Below are positions 29,234 through 39,130 of a DNA stretch of 64,000 nucleotides, piece after piece; position 1 is the stretch's first letter; every line of letters starts with the position of its first letter. Below the pieces are notes generated by a model. It did no database searches and was not told where the DNA came from. It saw only the letters and a list, made by a program, of their open reading frames with translations. Source of the stretch: Pyrodictiaceae archaeon. GTDB taxonomy: Archaea > Thermoproteota > Thermoprotei_A > Sulfolobales > Pyrodictiaceae. The translations under genes and the position numbers were made by a program. Location: contig JALVSY010000016.1 in assembly GCA_027036135.1 (NCBI GenBank), forward strand, positions 128,001 through 192,000, given 5' to 3'.

Positions 29234-30394
29234 TCACCTCCTCTTTCTCACAATCTTCCGAATGGGCTCCAATCGCTGCTCACCAGTTCGTTCATCTACA
29301 ACCATTATTCTCTCCATGCATGATATGCAAGGATCAAAACTCGCAAGTATCACTGGCACATCAGATAACGTTGCATCACGATAGGCAAAGACGCTGTTTA
29401 GTATATTTGTAAAGCTAGGTGTTCTTATCCTCACCCTATAGGGGGTTCTCCCACCTCTGCTCACTACGTGATATATGAGCTCGCCTCGAGGAGCTTCGAC
29501 ACGAGATATAGCTTCTCCCGGCCTAAAGGTACGCGGAGGAATTCTTAGTGCGGCTATGGGGCCTTTTGGTAGTTTGTTAATTGCTTGTCTTATTATCTTT
29601 ATTGATTCAAGTGATTCTTCTAAACGTACAAGTACTCTAGCTAAGCAATCTCCTTCCTTACGAGTTACCATATTGAAGTCCACTTCGTCGTACCAAGCGT
29701 AGGGCGTGTCTTTTCTTACATCGATTCGTACTCCGGAGGCCCTAGCTGTTGGGCCGACTAAGCCGTATAAGAGGGCTTCATTATACTTAATCACGCCTAT
29801 GTCTTCGAGTCTAAGTCTTAGGAGTTTGTCGTTCTCGTAGACGTCCCTGTAGTATAGTATTCGTTTCTCGATATAGTCTAGGGCTCGCTTTATTTTCTCT
29901 ACGATTCCGTCATCGATGTCTCTTCGAACACCGCCTGGCCACACGTAGTCGGATAAAACTCGGTTGCCAGTAACAAGTTCTTTAAGCAACATTATCTTTT
30001 CCCTATCCCTCATTATGAGCATGAAGAGACTCTCAAAACCCAGTATTTCGGCCATTACGGCGGCAAGTAGCATGTGGCTGTGAAGTCTCTCCAGCTCCAT
30101 AGCTATGGTTCGTAGAGCAAGCGCTCTTTCAGGGAGCTTAATGTTGTTCAGTTTCTCAAGGGCTTGGACATAGCATGTTGCATGCATCAAGTTGCATATG
30201 CCGCATACACGGGTCGCTATATATAGTGTTTTTAGCCACGTGTTTCTCTCAGCCAGCCACTCGATGCCTCTATGATTGTAGCCAGTCACTATGTCTACTC
30301 CTACAACCTCCTCGCCACGGACACGGACACGTAGAAGTATCGGCTCATGGAGAGCGGGGTGTTGAGGGCCTACTGGTATTTCAATTACAGGCAT
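29234..30394 (-). CDS. Group 4 [NiFe]-hydrogenase large subunit
   Basis: GPQHP, HRGIE, L1 RVCGIC, EAPRGE, L2 DPCISCMER plus C-terminal extension. Confidence 0.95.
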   Translation of the reverse strand: MPVIEIPVGPQHPALHEPILLRVRVRGEEVVGVDIVTGYNHRGIEWLAERNTWLKTLYIATRVCGICNLMHATCYVQALEKLNNIKLPERALALRTIAMELERLHSHMLLAAVMAEILGFESLFMLIMRDREKIMLLKELVTGNRVLSDYVWPGGVRRDIDDGIVEKIKRALDYIEKRILYYRDVYENDKLLRLRLEDIGVIKYNEALLYGLVGPTARASGVRIDVRKDTPYAWYDEVDFNMVTRKEGDCLARVLVRLEESLESIKIIRQAINKLPKGPIAALRIPPRTFRPGEAISRVEAPRGELIYHVVSRGGRTPYRVRIRTPSFTNILNSVFAYRDATLSDVPVILASFDPCISCMERIMVVDERTGEQRLEPIRKIVRKRR

Positions 30395-30400
30395 TGTCTT

Positions 30401-30871
30401 TCACCCCTTCCTACTTGGAGAAGCCTGCTTAAGTAAGGGCTTCATTGTACCCATGTCTGGTGGCTTAAAGAAGCCGTCGCGAAGCCACTTATTGCCCCTA
30501 AACATTACGCCAAATAGGTCGTAGATCTCCTGCTCGTAAGGCTTAGCACCTGGGACAACCTCGATGAGGGACTCGGCAATCGGCTTATCTCTAGGAACAT
30601 GGGTTCTCGCATCTATTATTGATTTATGTTTTAGAGACCAGAAGAGATAGCGTAGCTCTATTACACCCTTGTCGGGATAATCTATAGCATTAATGCTCAT
30701 TAGGTAAACCTCTCTCTCAGTTTCATCTATGAGAGCTTTTGCGAAATCTACTATGTCGCCCTGTCTCTCTAGCATCACCTCATACCTGCTGGATTCGACT
30801 CGTTTAAGCTCTAATTCCTTATCCTTAAATTTCAGCCTCAGACTCAAGTCTCTCAGCCTCGATCCTTTCAT
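30401..30871 (-). CDS. NuoC-like hydrogenase subunit
   Basis: AIDYP, YEQEIYDLFGVMFRG. Confidence 0.88.
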   Translation of the reverse strand: MKGSRLRDLSLRLKFKDKELELKRVESSRYEVMLERQGDIVDFAKALIDETEREVYLMSINAIDYPDKGVIELRYLFWSLKHKSIIDARTHVPRDKPIAESLIEVVPGAKPYEQEIYDLFGVMFRGNKWLRDGFFKPPDMGTMKPLLKQASPSRKG

Positions 30872-31370
30872 GCTTGAGGAGCTTTACGATAGCCTCGATT
30901 ATGGCATCAGGTCTCGGAGGACAACCAGGTACATAGACGTCTACTGGAACCACTTTGTCGGCTCCACCAACGACGCTGTAGCTATGCCGAAACGCGTGCC
31001 CGCTTATCGCGCAAGTACCCACGGCGATAACGTACTTAGGATTAGGGGTCTGCTCATATAATCGCTTCAGCCTCTCGGCCGCTTTTTTGGTCAAGGCACC
31101 CGTCACGATAATGATATCTGCATGGCGCGGATTAGGGGCTAGCTTTACTCCGAAACGCTCTGGATCATAGAGAGGAGTAAGAGCTGCTAAAACCTCGATG
31201 TCGCAGCCATTGCATGCGCCGGTATTGAAGTGTAGTATCCATGGCGACCTTGAAATAAGCCTAACACTGTGTGGTGGTTTTTCTCTCCCGTTTTTCTCCA
31301 TACTATCCCCATTTTCAATATTTTTGTTACTTCTTTCTGATAACATGTAACCCGGCTCTGAGCGGGTCAA
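30825..31370 (-). CDS. Hydrogenase small subunit (NuoB-like)
   Basis: CNGCDIE, PRHAD, GTCAISG, PGCPPRP. Confidence 0.93.
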   Translation of the reverse strand: MTRSEPGYMLSERSNKNIENGDSMEKNGREKPPHSVRLISRSPWILHFNTGACNGCDIEVLAALTPLYDPERFGVKLAPNPRHADIIIVTGALTKKAAERLKRLYEQTPNPKYVIAVGTCAISGHAFRHSYSVVGGADKVVPVDVYVPGCPPRPDAIIEAIVKLLKHERIEAERLESEAEI

Positions 31371-32746
31371 GGAAGCATCACTCCCAGAAGCGAGAAAATC
31401 GGGGCTGGAAGAACACCGACTACAATGGCTATAATCGCCAGAGTGAGAGGAATAAGTAGAAGTCTTCTCGGAGGCTCGCTAGGCAGACGACGAGGCGCTA
31501 TGACAACTGGTCTCCAGAATACGCGGAGCCAGTACCTAAGAGCATAGGCTGCTGCAAGGAATAACGCGATAACTAGTATTGCTATAGCTATCGGGTTTAA
31601 TGCAGCTTCGGCTAGGGCTATTATTACTGTTATTTCTCCCGGGAAGAGGGCAAAAACTGGTGCGCCTGCTAGGCTTAGGGCTGTAACGAATCCTATGAAT
31701 GCTGTCAATGGCATTGTTTTTGCATAAAGGCCCATATCCCGTATATTATCGCTTCCCGCTTGTTTAGTTAGTATTGATGCTAGGAGGAAGAATAAGGGTT
31801 TCACAATTCCATGGGCAAACATTATGTATAGCGCGCCTGCTGCAGCAAGCCTACTAAAGCTTACTAGCCCTGCGTACATGAAGCCGCCGTGGCTAATACT
31901 GCTATAAGATGCTATAAAGCCTAGACGACGCGCTAACAGCGCAGCCAATGCTCCTACGATTGCTGAAGTAGCGCCAAGCCAGAAACCAATGAATGCGGCA
32001 CTCTGAGGCAGATTAAGCCATTTTATGCTGTACAATAGCCTATAAAGACCATATGCCCCCGCACTAGTTACTATGCCAGAAATAATAGCTGCGCTCGAGC
32101 CAGGTAGAGAAGTGTATGTCCTGGGAAGCCAGGTATGAAACGGAAACACTCCAAGCTTTATTGCAAAAGCCACTAATATAAGCGAGAAAGCTACAAGCCC
32201 ATAACCTGTTCCAAGTACTGATGAGCCGAAGATCGCTGCTTTTTCTGATGCAAGTATACCTATCGCAACTAGGAGTAGTAGCGAACCTGCATGCATATAT
32301 ATGAAGAATTGTAATGCAATTCTCTTATCCCAGAGGTATACTAGGAAGGACGATGCTAGTAGCATTAGTTCCCAGAAAATGTAGAATAGAGTCAGACTAT
32401 AGGCATAGGCTAGCCCTATCATGGTAAAGTGTATAGATGTTATTGCTAGTCCAAGCTGCTCTCTCTCCTCCTTCAGCGTCCTAGCAGCCACGAGAGCAGC
32501 TGCAGAGACTATTCCGCTGAGTAATACTAAGAGAGCGGATGCGCCGTCAGCAGCTATGCACATAGGTAGGCCTAGTTGCTTTAACCAATAATAGCAGTAG
32601 GATCCTCCTTTATAGCCTAGTATTCCTAGTAAAGTAGACAGAATAATGAGTATCACAGTTGCTCTTAGCTTATTGTAGATGCTTGTCACTATAGCTAAGA
32701 GCGCCACCGCCATAGAGGCCACGAACCATATTAATGCGTCTAGCAT
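31367..32746 (-). CDS. NuoM/MrpD-like antiporter-type subunit
   Basis: FWELM, IKLGVFPFHTWLP, AHG, FPGE. Confidence 0.85.
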   Translation of the reverse strand: MLDALIWFVASMAVALLAIVTSIYNKLRATVILIILSTLLGILGYKGGSYCYYWLKQLGLPMCIAADGASALLVLLSGIVSAAALVAARTLKEEREQLGLAITSIHFTMIGLAYAYSLTLFYIFWELMLLASSFLVYLWDKRIALQFFIYMHAGSLLLLVAIGILASEKAAIFGSSVLGTGYGLVAFSLILVAFAIKLGVFPFHTWLPRTYTSLPGSSAAIISGIVTSAGAYGLYRLLYSIKWLNLPQSAAFIGFWLGATSAIVGALAALLARRLGFIASYSSISHGGFMYAGLVSFSRLAAAGALYIMFAHGIVKPLFFLLASILTKQAGSDNIRDMGLYAKTMPLTAFIGFVTALSLAGAPVFALFPGEITVIIALAEAALNPIAIAILVIALFLAAAYALRYWLRVFWRPVVIAPRRLPSEPPRRLLLIPLTLAIIAIVVGVLPAPIFSLLGVMLP

Positions 32747-32752
32747 TCCCTG

Positions 32753-34024
32753 TCACCCTATGAGATTGATTATCCCTGGATAGAGGCCTAGGAAGAGGAG
32801 AATTATGACATATATTAGAGAGAAAATATTATATCCTTTCAATATAGAGTCGCGGTTAAGACTCATCAAGTACCTCATTACATAAGCCGCCGCCACCAGG
32901 AAAAAGAAGCTAGCAGTAACTGCCATCCATGGATATCCTATTCTAGCAAAGAATGTTATTACTGAAAGCTTCGCAGTAAACCCGTAAAATGGCGGAAGCC
33001 CCATTAAGCTAAGCAAAGCTGGCACAATCGAACCAATAGTATCCTTATCCTTTACAGAGGCGAGTGCTAGAGCTAATGCCATATTACTTGACGTTATAAA
33101 GTATACCACAACATTGAAAGACACTATACCGCTAAGCGCACAAGCAACTCCAAGGAGTAATGTATAGCCAGCATCGCTCACCATGCTAAAGCCAAGCATT
33201 CTTCGTACACTTAACTGCACCAATGCCGAGAACTCGCCAATAGCCATACTAGCCGCAGCTAGTATGGCGAGAACCCAGGCAAGTATTAGTCCCATTGCCT
33301 TGGCCGCACTTATTAGTCTAAAGAACACGTAAAGGGTAGGGGCATCAACAAGGAGTATAGCTAGCGTTATTCCGACTATGGGTGCGTTAGCAGCCACGTC
33401 GGGCAGCCATGGATGGAATGGTGCAAGGCCCACCTCTAATGCGAGGCCCGTTATTAGGAAGATGAGCCCAAATACTAGGCTTGGGGTTGTTACACTGATA
33501 TCTGTAAGGCTATAGACGTGATTTGAAACGAGCAATGCTGTTCCAGCTATTACTAGCGCTCCTGCGAGTATTGACGTAAAGAAGTACTTCACAGCAGCCT
33601 CTTCGGAGCCCTTATAGCTGAGATATATGCCTGTAAGCGATAAAGCTCCAAGCTCTAACCCTAGAATCAGTATTGCCGGGTTAATAGATAAGGTTATTAT
33701 TATACCTGCATACATAGTCCAGGGTATGAGGGGGGCAACTACATGATCTATTTCGCGCCAGAGCATTGCTATAATAAGGCTAGATGATACTAAGAGGAGT
33801 ACAAGCATAGCAATACTATGCTTGTCGAAGCCGAGAAGGGGTAAACCATTAACAGTAATGACTCCGCCTCTCTGTGTAACTAGAAGTACTGCTACTAATA
33901 TTAGTGCAATAAGCGATGACATGGTTGATGTAAGTTTCTTGTCTCGTAGTAGCATCGATATAAGTGAACACAGTACTACTATGAGCGTAAGCGTGATTAG
34001 AGAGGCCTCTGGTCCAAGCATCAC
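32753..34024 (-). CDS. NuoN-like antiporter-type subunit
   Basis: EAAVKYF, APFHPWLPDV, RRMLGFS, LSLMGLPPFYGFTAK. Confidence 0.85.
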   Translation of the reverse strand: MMLGPEASLITLTLIVVLCSLISMLLRDKKLTSTMSSLIALILVAVLLVTQRGGVITVNGLPLLGFDKHSIAMLVLLLVSSSLIIAMLWREIDHVVAPLIPWTMYAGIIITLSINPAILILGLELGALSLTGIYLSYKGSEEAAVKYFFTSILAGALVIAGTALLVSNHVYSLTDISVTTPSLVFGLIFLITGLALEVGLAPFHPWLPDVAANAPIVGITLAILLVDAPTLYVFFRLISAAKAMGLILAWVLAILAAASMAIGEFSALVQLSVRRMLGFSMVSDAGYTLLLGVACALSGIVSFNVVVYFITSSNMALALALASVKDKDTIGSIVPALLSLMGLPPFYGFTAKLSVITFFARIGYPWMAVTASFFFLVAAAYVMRYLMSLNRDSILKGYNIFSLIYVIILLFLGLYPGIINLIG

Positions 34025-34028
34025 ATTC

Positions 34029-35849
34029 TCACCTTAAGAGCGCAAAGGCTGCTATTACGAGGAGAACCATACCAAGAGCGTAAAGTGCATAATACGCACT
34101 CATTCTTCCACTTCTCCTCGGCACTATGGCTTCAAGCTCACTAACAATTATTTTGATGGAATTATCTAGACCTACGTCAACTACGCGTAGCATACCTATC
34201 CCGAGCAGAGTAAAGACGAAGCGCAGCGATGGTACAAGATAATCTACGTAAAACCTATCAATGTAGAAGCCTTCTAGAAGCGTTGAGTAAATATATCTTG
34301 GCACTAAGAGCCTTCTTCTATAAGCCTCAACTACTAGTACTATACCGGTTATTGCCAGCGCTAAGGCTATGCCTATGAAGGCTATATTTGTGCTTAAATG
34401 AAGCCCCGGCCCTATTAAGATGGGTGATGCAAGCGTCAAGAACGAGAGAACTAAGAGAGCAGTTGCCATGGGTACTGGTACTCTCGTTATAGCCTCAATG
34501 CCTTCTTTTCTGGGCCTGGCCAATACTAGGTAGTAGAATAGTTTGAAGCTGTAGGCAGCAGTAATGAGCGAAGTTACTAGTAATACTATGGAGGCGGAAA
34601 GAGAGACTTTACTTACGAATATTATGAGTTCATCCTTTGTCCAGAAGCCATTGAACGGTGGAATACCTGCAAGTGCCATAGTACCGCAGAACAAGCTGAG
34701 GGCAAGAATAGGTGATTTACGTGCAACTCCCATAGTGCGTCTGAGATCTCTTGCTGTCTCGGGGCCGAGTAGGGGCTCTAGCTCATGTATTACTACTCCT
34801 ACGCAGAGGAATAGTAGGGCCTTGAATACCGCATGGCTTATGACGTGGCCTAGCGCGGTATCAACGCTACCTATAATCGCGAGTGCTGCTCCTAGCGCAG
34901 TAAATATGTAGCCTAGTTGGCTTATAGTTGAGTATGCTAGCAGTCTCTTAGCATCATATTGTGCTAGTGCTGAGAGAGCAGCATAGAGAGCCGTTATTGC
35001 ACCAACCCACATAACTATGCTGGGTAGGTACGTTGATGCAATAAGCGGTGAGAGTAATAAAGCGAGCCTCGCTATAAGATAGACGCCTGCTTTAACCATT
35101 GTAGCTGCGTGTATTAGTGCTGATACTGGTGTTGGGCCCTCCATTGCGTCTGGTAGCCATACATGGAGCGGAAGCTGCGCGCTTTTCGCAATAGCTCCTA
35201 TGAGAGCTGAGGCGAAGAACACCGAGGCTACATGAGGCGACGTCTCCTTGAGTGCTATAAGGCTTAATGTATGTGTATGTATGTAAGTATATGCTATTCC
35301 TGCAAGGAAAACTACGTCACCTAACCTTGTTGTGACAAAGGCCTTTACTCCTGCTATGCCAGCTCTCGGGCGCTCGTAGTAATGACCTATTAAGGTGAAG
35401 CTGCATAGCCCTACACCTTCCCAGAATGCATAGAGCGCGGCTATGTTGTTGGTCAGTACGAGGCCCTGCATTGATGCTATGAATAAGAGCATGAAGGCAT
35501 AGTACCTTGCATAACCAGGGTCTCTTTCCATGTAGCTTACGGAATAGAGTATGACCAGGAATCCTATTAGACCGATAATTATGCTAAAGATTTTGGAGAG
35601 GTCATCAACTACTATGCTGAAGACGGCCTTGGCTGGGATAAAGGGAGTGTATATCGAGGCTACATTGTAGACTCCTTCAAGGCCGCTTCGATAGAGCAGT
35701 ATTGAGGCTATAAGTACGACAAAGGATGCGCTAAGCGCTACTAGCTCAGATGCGCGACGCCCTATCACTCTGCCAAGGACTAGTGCTAAGGGCGTCGCCA
35801 ATAATGGTAAGAATACGAGTAATCCCAGATAATCAGCTGGACTCATCAC
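34029..35849 (-). CDS. NuoL/MrpA-like antiporter-type subunit
   Basis: WEGVG, KSAQLPLHVWLPDAMEGPTPVSALIHAATMV, HAVFKALLF, GFWTKD. Confidence 0.92.
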   Translation of the reverse strand: MMSPADYLGLLVFLPLLATPLALVLGRVIGRRASELVALSASFVVLIASILLYRSGLEGVYNVASIYTPFIPAKAVFSIVVDDLSKIFSIIIGLIGFLVILYSVSYMERDPGYARYYAFMLLFIASMQGLVLTNNIAALYAFWEGVGLCSFTLIGHYYERPRAGIAGVKAFVTTRLGDVVFLAGIAYTYIHTHTLSLIALKETSPHVASVFFASALIGAIAKSAQLPLHVWLPDAMEGPTPVSALIHAATMVKAGVYLIARLALLLSPLIASTYLPSIVMWVGAITALYAALSALAQYDAKRLLAYSTISQLGYIFTALGAALAIIGSVDTALGHVISHAVFKALLFLCVGVVIHELEPLLGPETARDLRRTMGVARKSPILALSLFCGTMALAGIPPFNGFWTKDELIIFVSKVSLSASIVLLVTSLITAAYSFKLFYYLVLARPRKEGIEAITRVPVPMATALLVLSFLTLASPILIGPGLHLSTNIAFIGIALALAITGIVLVVEAYRRRLLVPRYIYSTLLEGFYIDRFYVDYLVPSLRFVFTLLGIGMLRVVDVGLDNSIKIIVSELEAIVPRRSGRMSAYYALYALGMVLLVIAAFALLR

Positions 35850-36138
35850 GGCTTCTCACCTCCTCGGAGAAAGCATCTATAGTCGTGACACCTCTCCTCC
35901 GCGAAGCGGAGAAAGCGACGGCAGCCGCGATGCCCGCCATTACGGTTTCAATGAGGGCTAGGAACACATAGAGCCCTGTATCACCGCCTACAAGGACTAT
36001 GGATGCTGTGGCTGCTCCAGATACAAGTTCGATACCGATAAGTACCCTAAGAAATGAACTATAACGCGTAAGTGTGACTAAGCCAGCCCCTATTAATACA
36101 CCTATCACTGTAGCATAGAGCGGACAAGCCCCGGTCAC
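35833..36138 (-). CDS. NuoK-like membrane subunit
   Basis: 3 TM helices, LIGIEL and ALIET acidic residues. Confidence 0.7.
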   Translation of the reverse strand: MTGACPLYATVIGVLIGAGLVTLTRYSSFLRVLIGIELVSGAATASIVLVGGDTGLYVFLALIETVMAGIAAAVAFSASRRRGVTTIDAFSEEVRSRDESS

Positions 36139-36566
36139 GCCAGGTCACCTCGTTGTAAAAGCACTCTTACCAGGAGAAACGCGACAAGAACAATTATCGA
36201 TGATAACCCGACAAGGACGGCGCCTAACCTAGTAACGGGGCTAGGCGTGCTACACGTGAAGCGTGACGAGATTATAGCGAAGGTTAGAATAATTACAATT
36301 GCTGCAAAGATGCCAGCAATCGGCATGGCACCTAGCTCTCTGCCGGCAAGCCTAGGGGCTAGGAACATTATTGCAGCAGTAAAACCAGCTACTAATGAGA
36401 TCTGCATGATAGCTGCCGCATAGGCTCCTATGTTGAGCATGAGCAGTGCTAGGGAGATTAGTGCAACACTAGTAGCTATTATAGCTGCTTCATCACGGTT
36501 AGCCAAGGAGGCATAGACAGCTGATATAATTGCTATAAAGCCTATGAGCAAGCTGACTGCGCTCAT
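36135..36566 (-). CDS. NuoJ-like membrane subunit
   Basis: About 5 TM helices; AYAAAIMQISLVAG resembles the NuoJ A..Q...Y.G motif. Confidence 0.65.
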   Translation of the reverse strand: MSAVSLLIGFIAIISAVYASLANRDEAAIIATSVALISLALLMLNIGAYAAAIMQISLVAGFTAAIMFLAPRLAGRELGAMPIAGIFAAIVIILTFAIISSRFTCSTPSPVTRLGAVLVGLSSIIVLVAFLLVRVLLQRGDLA

Positions 36567-37531
36567 GAGGCAGCACCTCCTAGCATTAGTGATAGGAAGG
36601 CTATGAGGATCGATAGGGGTACTAGGTAGCCCCAGGAGAGCTTAATCATGTCCTTGAGTCTTATACGGGGTGTTGATGCATCAACAATTATTGATAAAAA
36701 TGCTATAACTAAGCCTATAGCGAGTAAGCTTATGACGGCAAAGACTCCTTGAGAGGGCTGTGGAGCTAGCAATAGGGATACGTAGAAGAGAAGAGCCGTT
36801 ACACCATGGACCTCGTGACCTAGTCTCATGAATGCTAGTTTTCTCCCGGAAAATTCGGCTTCAAATCCACCAGCTACCTCGGTTTCGGCTTCAGCTATTG
36901 TGAAGGGATCTTCTCCCAAATCCGCTTGAACTAGAATGAAACCTACTAGAAGAGCGAGGAGCCAGAGGGGGAAGAGGAAAGGCTTATGCGCTAATCCTTC
37001 CCAAAGCTTGGCCCTAATAACATCCATGTCTAGGGAACCTGTGGTGGCATACGCGACGCCTACAAGGCTTATCAAGCCTATATCATAGCTCATTAAGAGT
37101 CCTATGAACCTAAGCCCACCGATGACACTATATGGGCTTCTAGTAGATAGTGATGCAAGGCCGAGAAGTGCTGCTGCTAAAGAGAGACAAACAGGTATCA
37201 ATAAAGCGTTATAGCCTATATCTCCTAGGCCGCCGAGCCCCCAAGGCAGAAGGAGACATGCAAAAGCAGCAAGACTTATACTCCAAACAAGTGCTGCAGC
37301 AGCAACTGCTTCGTGCATTGTAAGTGGAGTTATGTCTTCCTTTCCAAGGAGCTTCACTATGTCTATGAGAGGCTGGGCAAATCCTCGGAGTCCCGTGTAG
37401 GTAGGTCCCATTCTATTCTGCATACGTGCCTCAATTTTACGCTTCAAAGCTTCAAAGCTCAGAGCAAGAGAAACAGCTGTCAACAAGCCCGGATATATTA
37501 GAGCGCTCACAAATAGCTCAAGAACGTTCAT
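36563..37531 (-). CDS. NuoH/HycD-like membrane subunit
   Basis: RKIEARMQNRMGP, QPLIDIVKLLGKE, PFTIAEAETEVAGG, PRIR. Confidence 0.92.
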   Translation of the reverse strand: MNVLELFVSALIYPGLLTAVSLALSFEALKRKIEARMQNRMGPTYTGLRGFAQPLIDIVKLLGKEDITPLTMHEAVAAAALVWSISLAAFACLLLPWGLGGLGDIGYNALLIPVCLSLAAALLGLASLSTRSPYSVIGGLRFIGLLMSYDIGLISLVGVAYATTGSLDMDVIRAKLWEGLAHKPFLFPLWLLALLVGFILVQADLGEDPFTIAEAETEVAGGFEAEFSGRKLAFMRLGHEVHGVTALLFYVSLLLAPQPSQGVFAVISLLAIGLVIAFLSIIVDASTPRIRLKDMIKLSWGYLVPLSILIAFLSLMLGGAAS

Positions 37532-37844
37532 ACTTCCTCCCCGCGACTAATAGGGGAGGGACAAAAGCCACTACAAGCAATGGGAGCAAAGCGAGCCTAT
37601 CCCGGGTAGCGCAGAAGAACGACGCTATGGGCACCGACTCCGCTATGGCAAATACTACCAATACTATGGGGTACGGTGGGTCAAGGCTCTTAGCTTCCTG
37701 GCCTTTTTCACCACATGCATAAGGTAGTGTAGCTTCTCCCCGTCTCCTAGGTCTAGGGGCTAGTATGAATGCTGCTATGTAGTACGCAGTGGATGCTATT
37801 AATATTAGCGTGAAAGCAGCGAGATAGTAAAAATACTGGGCCAA
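37518..37844 (-). CDS. NuoA-like membrane subunit
   Basis: 3 TM helices with PYACGE loop. Confidence 0.7.
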   Translation of the reverse strand: MAQYFYYLAAFTLILIASTAYYIAAFILAPRPRRRGEATLPYACGEKGQEAKSLDPPYPIVLVVFAIAESVPIASFFCATRDRLALLPLLVVAFVPPLLVAGRKYERS

Positions 37845-37992
37845 AACCCTTTCCCATTATTAATAGGAATAATTACGTTCTATTTATTTATTGCACCGTT
37901 CACACCAAGAATGGTACTCGCCTACCATACGTACATAATAAAACTTATTCACTGTTATTTTAGTGTACAAGGAAAATAACTAAAGCATAATC

Positions 37993-38469
37993 TTAAGGAA
38001 TTATTGGGCCTGCGTCTGGATAGCCTTGCCTTCGCCCTGTGCCTGCTCGTCTCGTTAATTCCTCGGGGTTTCTTAGCAATAGGTAAAGGTTTTCGGCGTG
38101 CTTTTTTGCCCTATCCACGGCTATTCTGTACAATTCTTTTTCGCTGCTGGTCTCGTCCTCGTGCACTGTTACATCTATTATTGGTTTCTCTAGCTCTAGC
38201 TCAACTAGCTGTATCGCGAGGGAGTAGACTGCATAACTGATTTTGTCGGTGAGGCTCTTCCCTACCCAGCCGAAGACGATGCCCGCCTCGCATTCCTGCT
38301 CCTTCATGAGCCGCTTTATCGCCACGGGTATGTCCTTGATCCCGGGCACTGTTCTTCGCACTATTACTGCGTCAGGCATAAGTAGCTGAAGAGTCTCGAT
38401 CGCGTGTTTAGCCATGTCTACTCTAGCAAAGGTTGTATCTACAATACAGATCTTCGCCAAGGTTCTCAA
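37993..38469 (-). CDS. ribC: Archaeal riboflavin synthase
   Basis: DTTFARVDM, TVPGIKD, VHEDE, AGTGRRQG. Confidence 0.93.
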   Translation of the reverse strand: MRTLAKICIVDTTFARVDMAKHAIETLQLLMPDAVIVRRTVPGIKDIPVAIKRLMKEQECEAGIVFGWVGKSLTDKISYAVYSLAIQLVELELEKPIIDVTVHEDETSSEKELYRIAVDRAKKHAENLYLLLRNPEELTRRAGTGRRQGYPDAGPIIP

Positions 38470-39130
38470 CCTCCCTTATTATCCGGCTTCCCTCGAGGAG
38501 TACAAGGCCTCTTTCCTCGGCAATTTTCCTAGCCTTCTCTACGCTTAGTGCTGTTCCCTTGTCAAGCATCTCAACTATAACAGTTGAAGGTGTTAACCCT
38601 GCGAGCATTGCTAGGTGCAGAGATAGCTCGGTGTGCCCTCTTCTCTCACTTAGCCTTCTTCCCAGAAGTATCGGTACGTGGCCCGGGGCTACGAAGTTCT
38701 CGTAGAAATAGTGCTTGGCTTCATCGATACTACCGTTTATTATCATGCCGAGGACTTTGTCTAGTTCCCTTATTGTTAATGCTCTATCATTATCCCTTAT
38801 GCCTGTCTTGGCCCTGGCGCTGTTTACCCATATGGAGAAGGCTGGCTTGTCGCCGTAGCCTAGTGTGCGCCTCGTTAGTGGAGCCAGTTCTGGTATTGAG
38901 GCATATATCTCGTGGGCGTATGCAAGGCCCAGTTTCCTCCCAGCAAGGAGTGGCATGGAGTAACATATTAGGCCCCCTGCAAGCGTCCTCATCTCATAGA
39001 TGGTCTCGGGTGTGACGAACGAGGCGTGAATAACATAGTCTACTTCGTTCTCTCTTCTATAATCATCGTGTATTAGGACGGGCTTGCCTAGGCGGAGAGC
39101 CCGGATAGCTTCCTCTAGTACAGAGTCCAT
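38423..39130 (-). CDS. ribB: 3,4-dihydroxy-2-butanone-4-phosphate synthase
   Basis: DDYRRENEVD, GGLIC, TGIRDNDRA, PGHV, RRGHTE. Confidence 0.93.
   Translation of the reverse strand: MDSVLEEAIRALRLGKPVLIHDDYRRENEVDYVIHASFVTPETIYEMRTLAGGLICYSMPLLAGRKLGLAYAHEIYASIPELAPLTRRTLGYGDKPAFSIWVNSARAKTGIRDNDRALTIRELDKVLGMIINGSIDEAKHYFYENFVAPGHVPILLGRRLSERRGHTELSLHLAMLAGLTPSTVIVEMLDKGTALSVEKARKIAEERGLVLLEGSRIIREVENLGEDLYCRYNLC

Noticed and set aside
29234-30394. Calling the cluster NADH dehydrogenase (NuoD) or Mbx/MBS
   Set aside because: All four Ni-ligating cysteines and a maturation protease are present, and there is no NuoEFG
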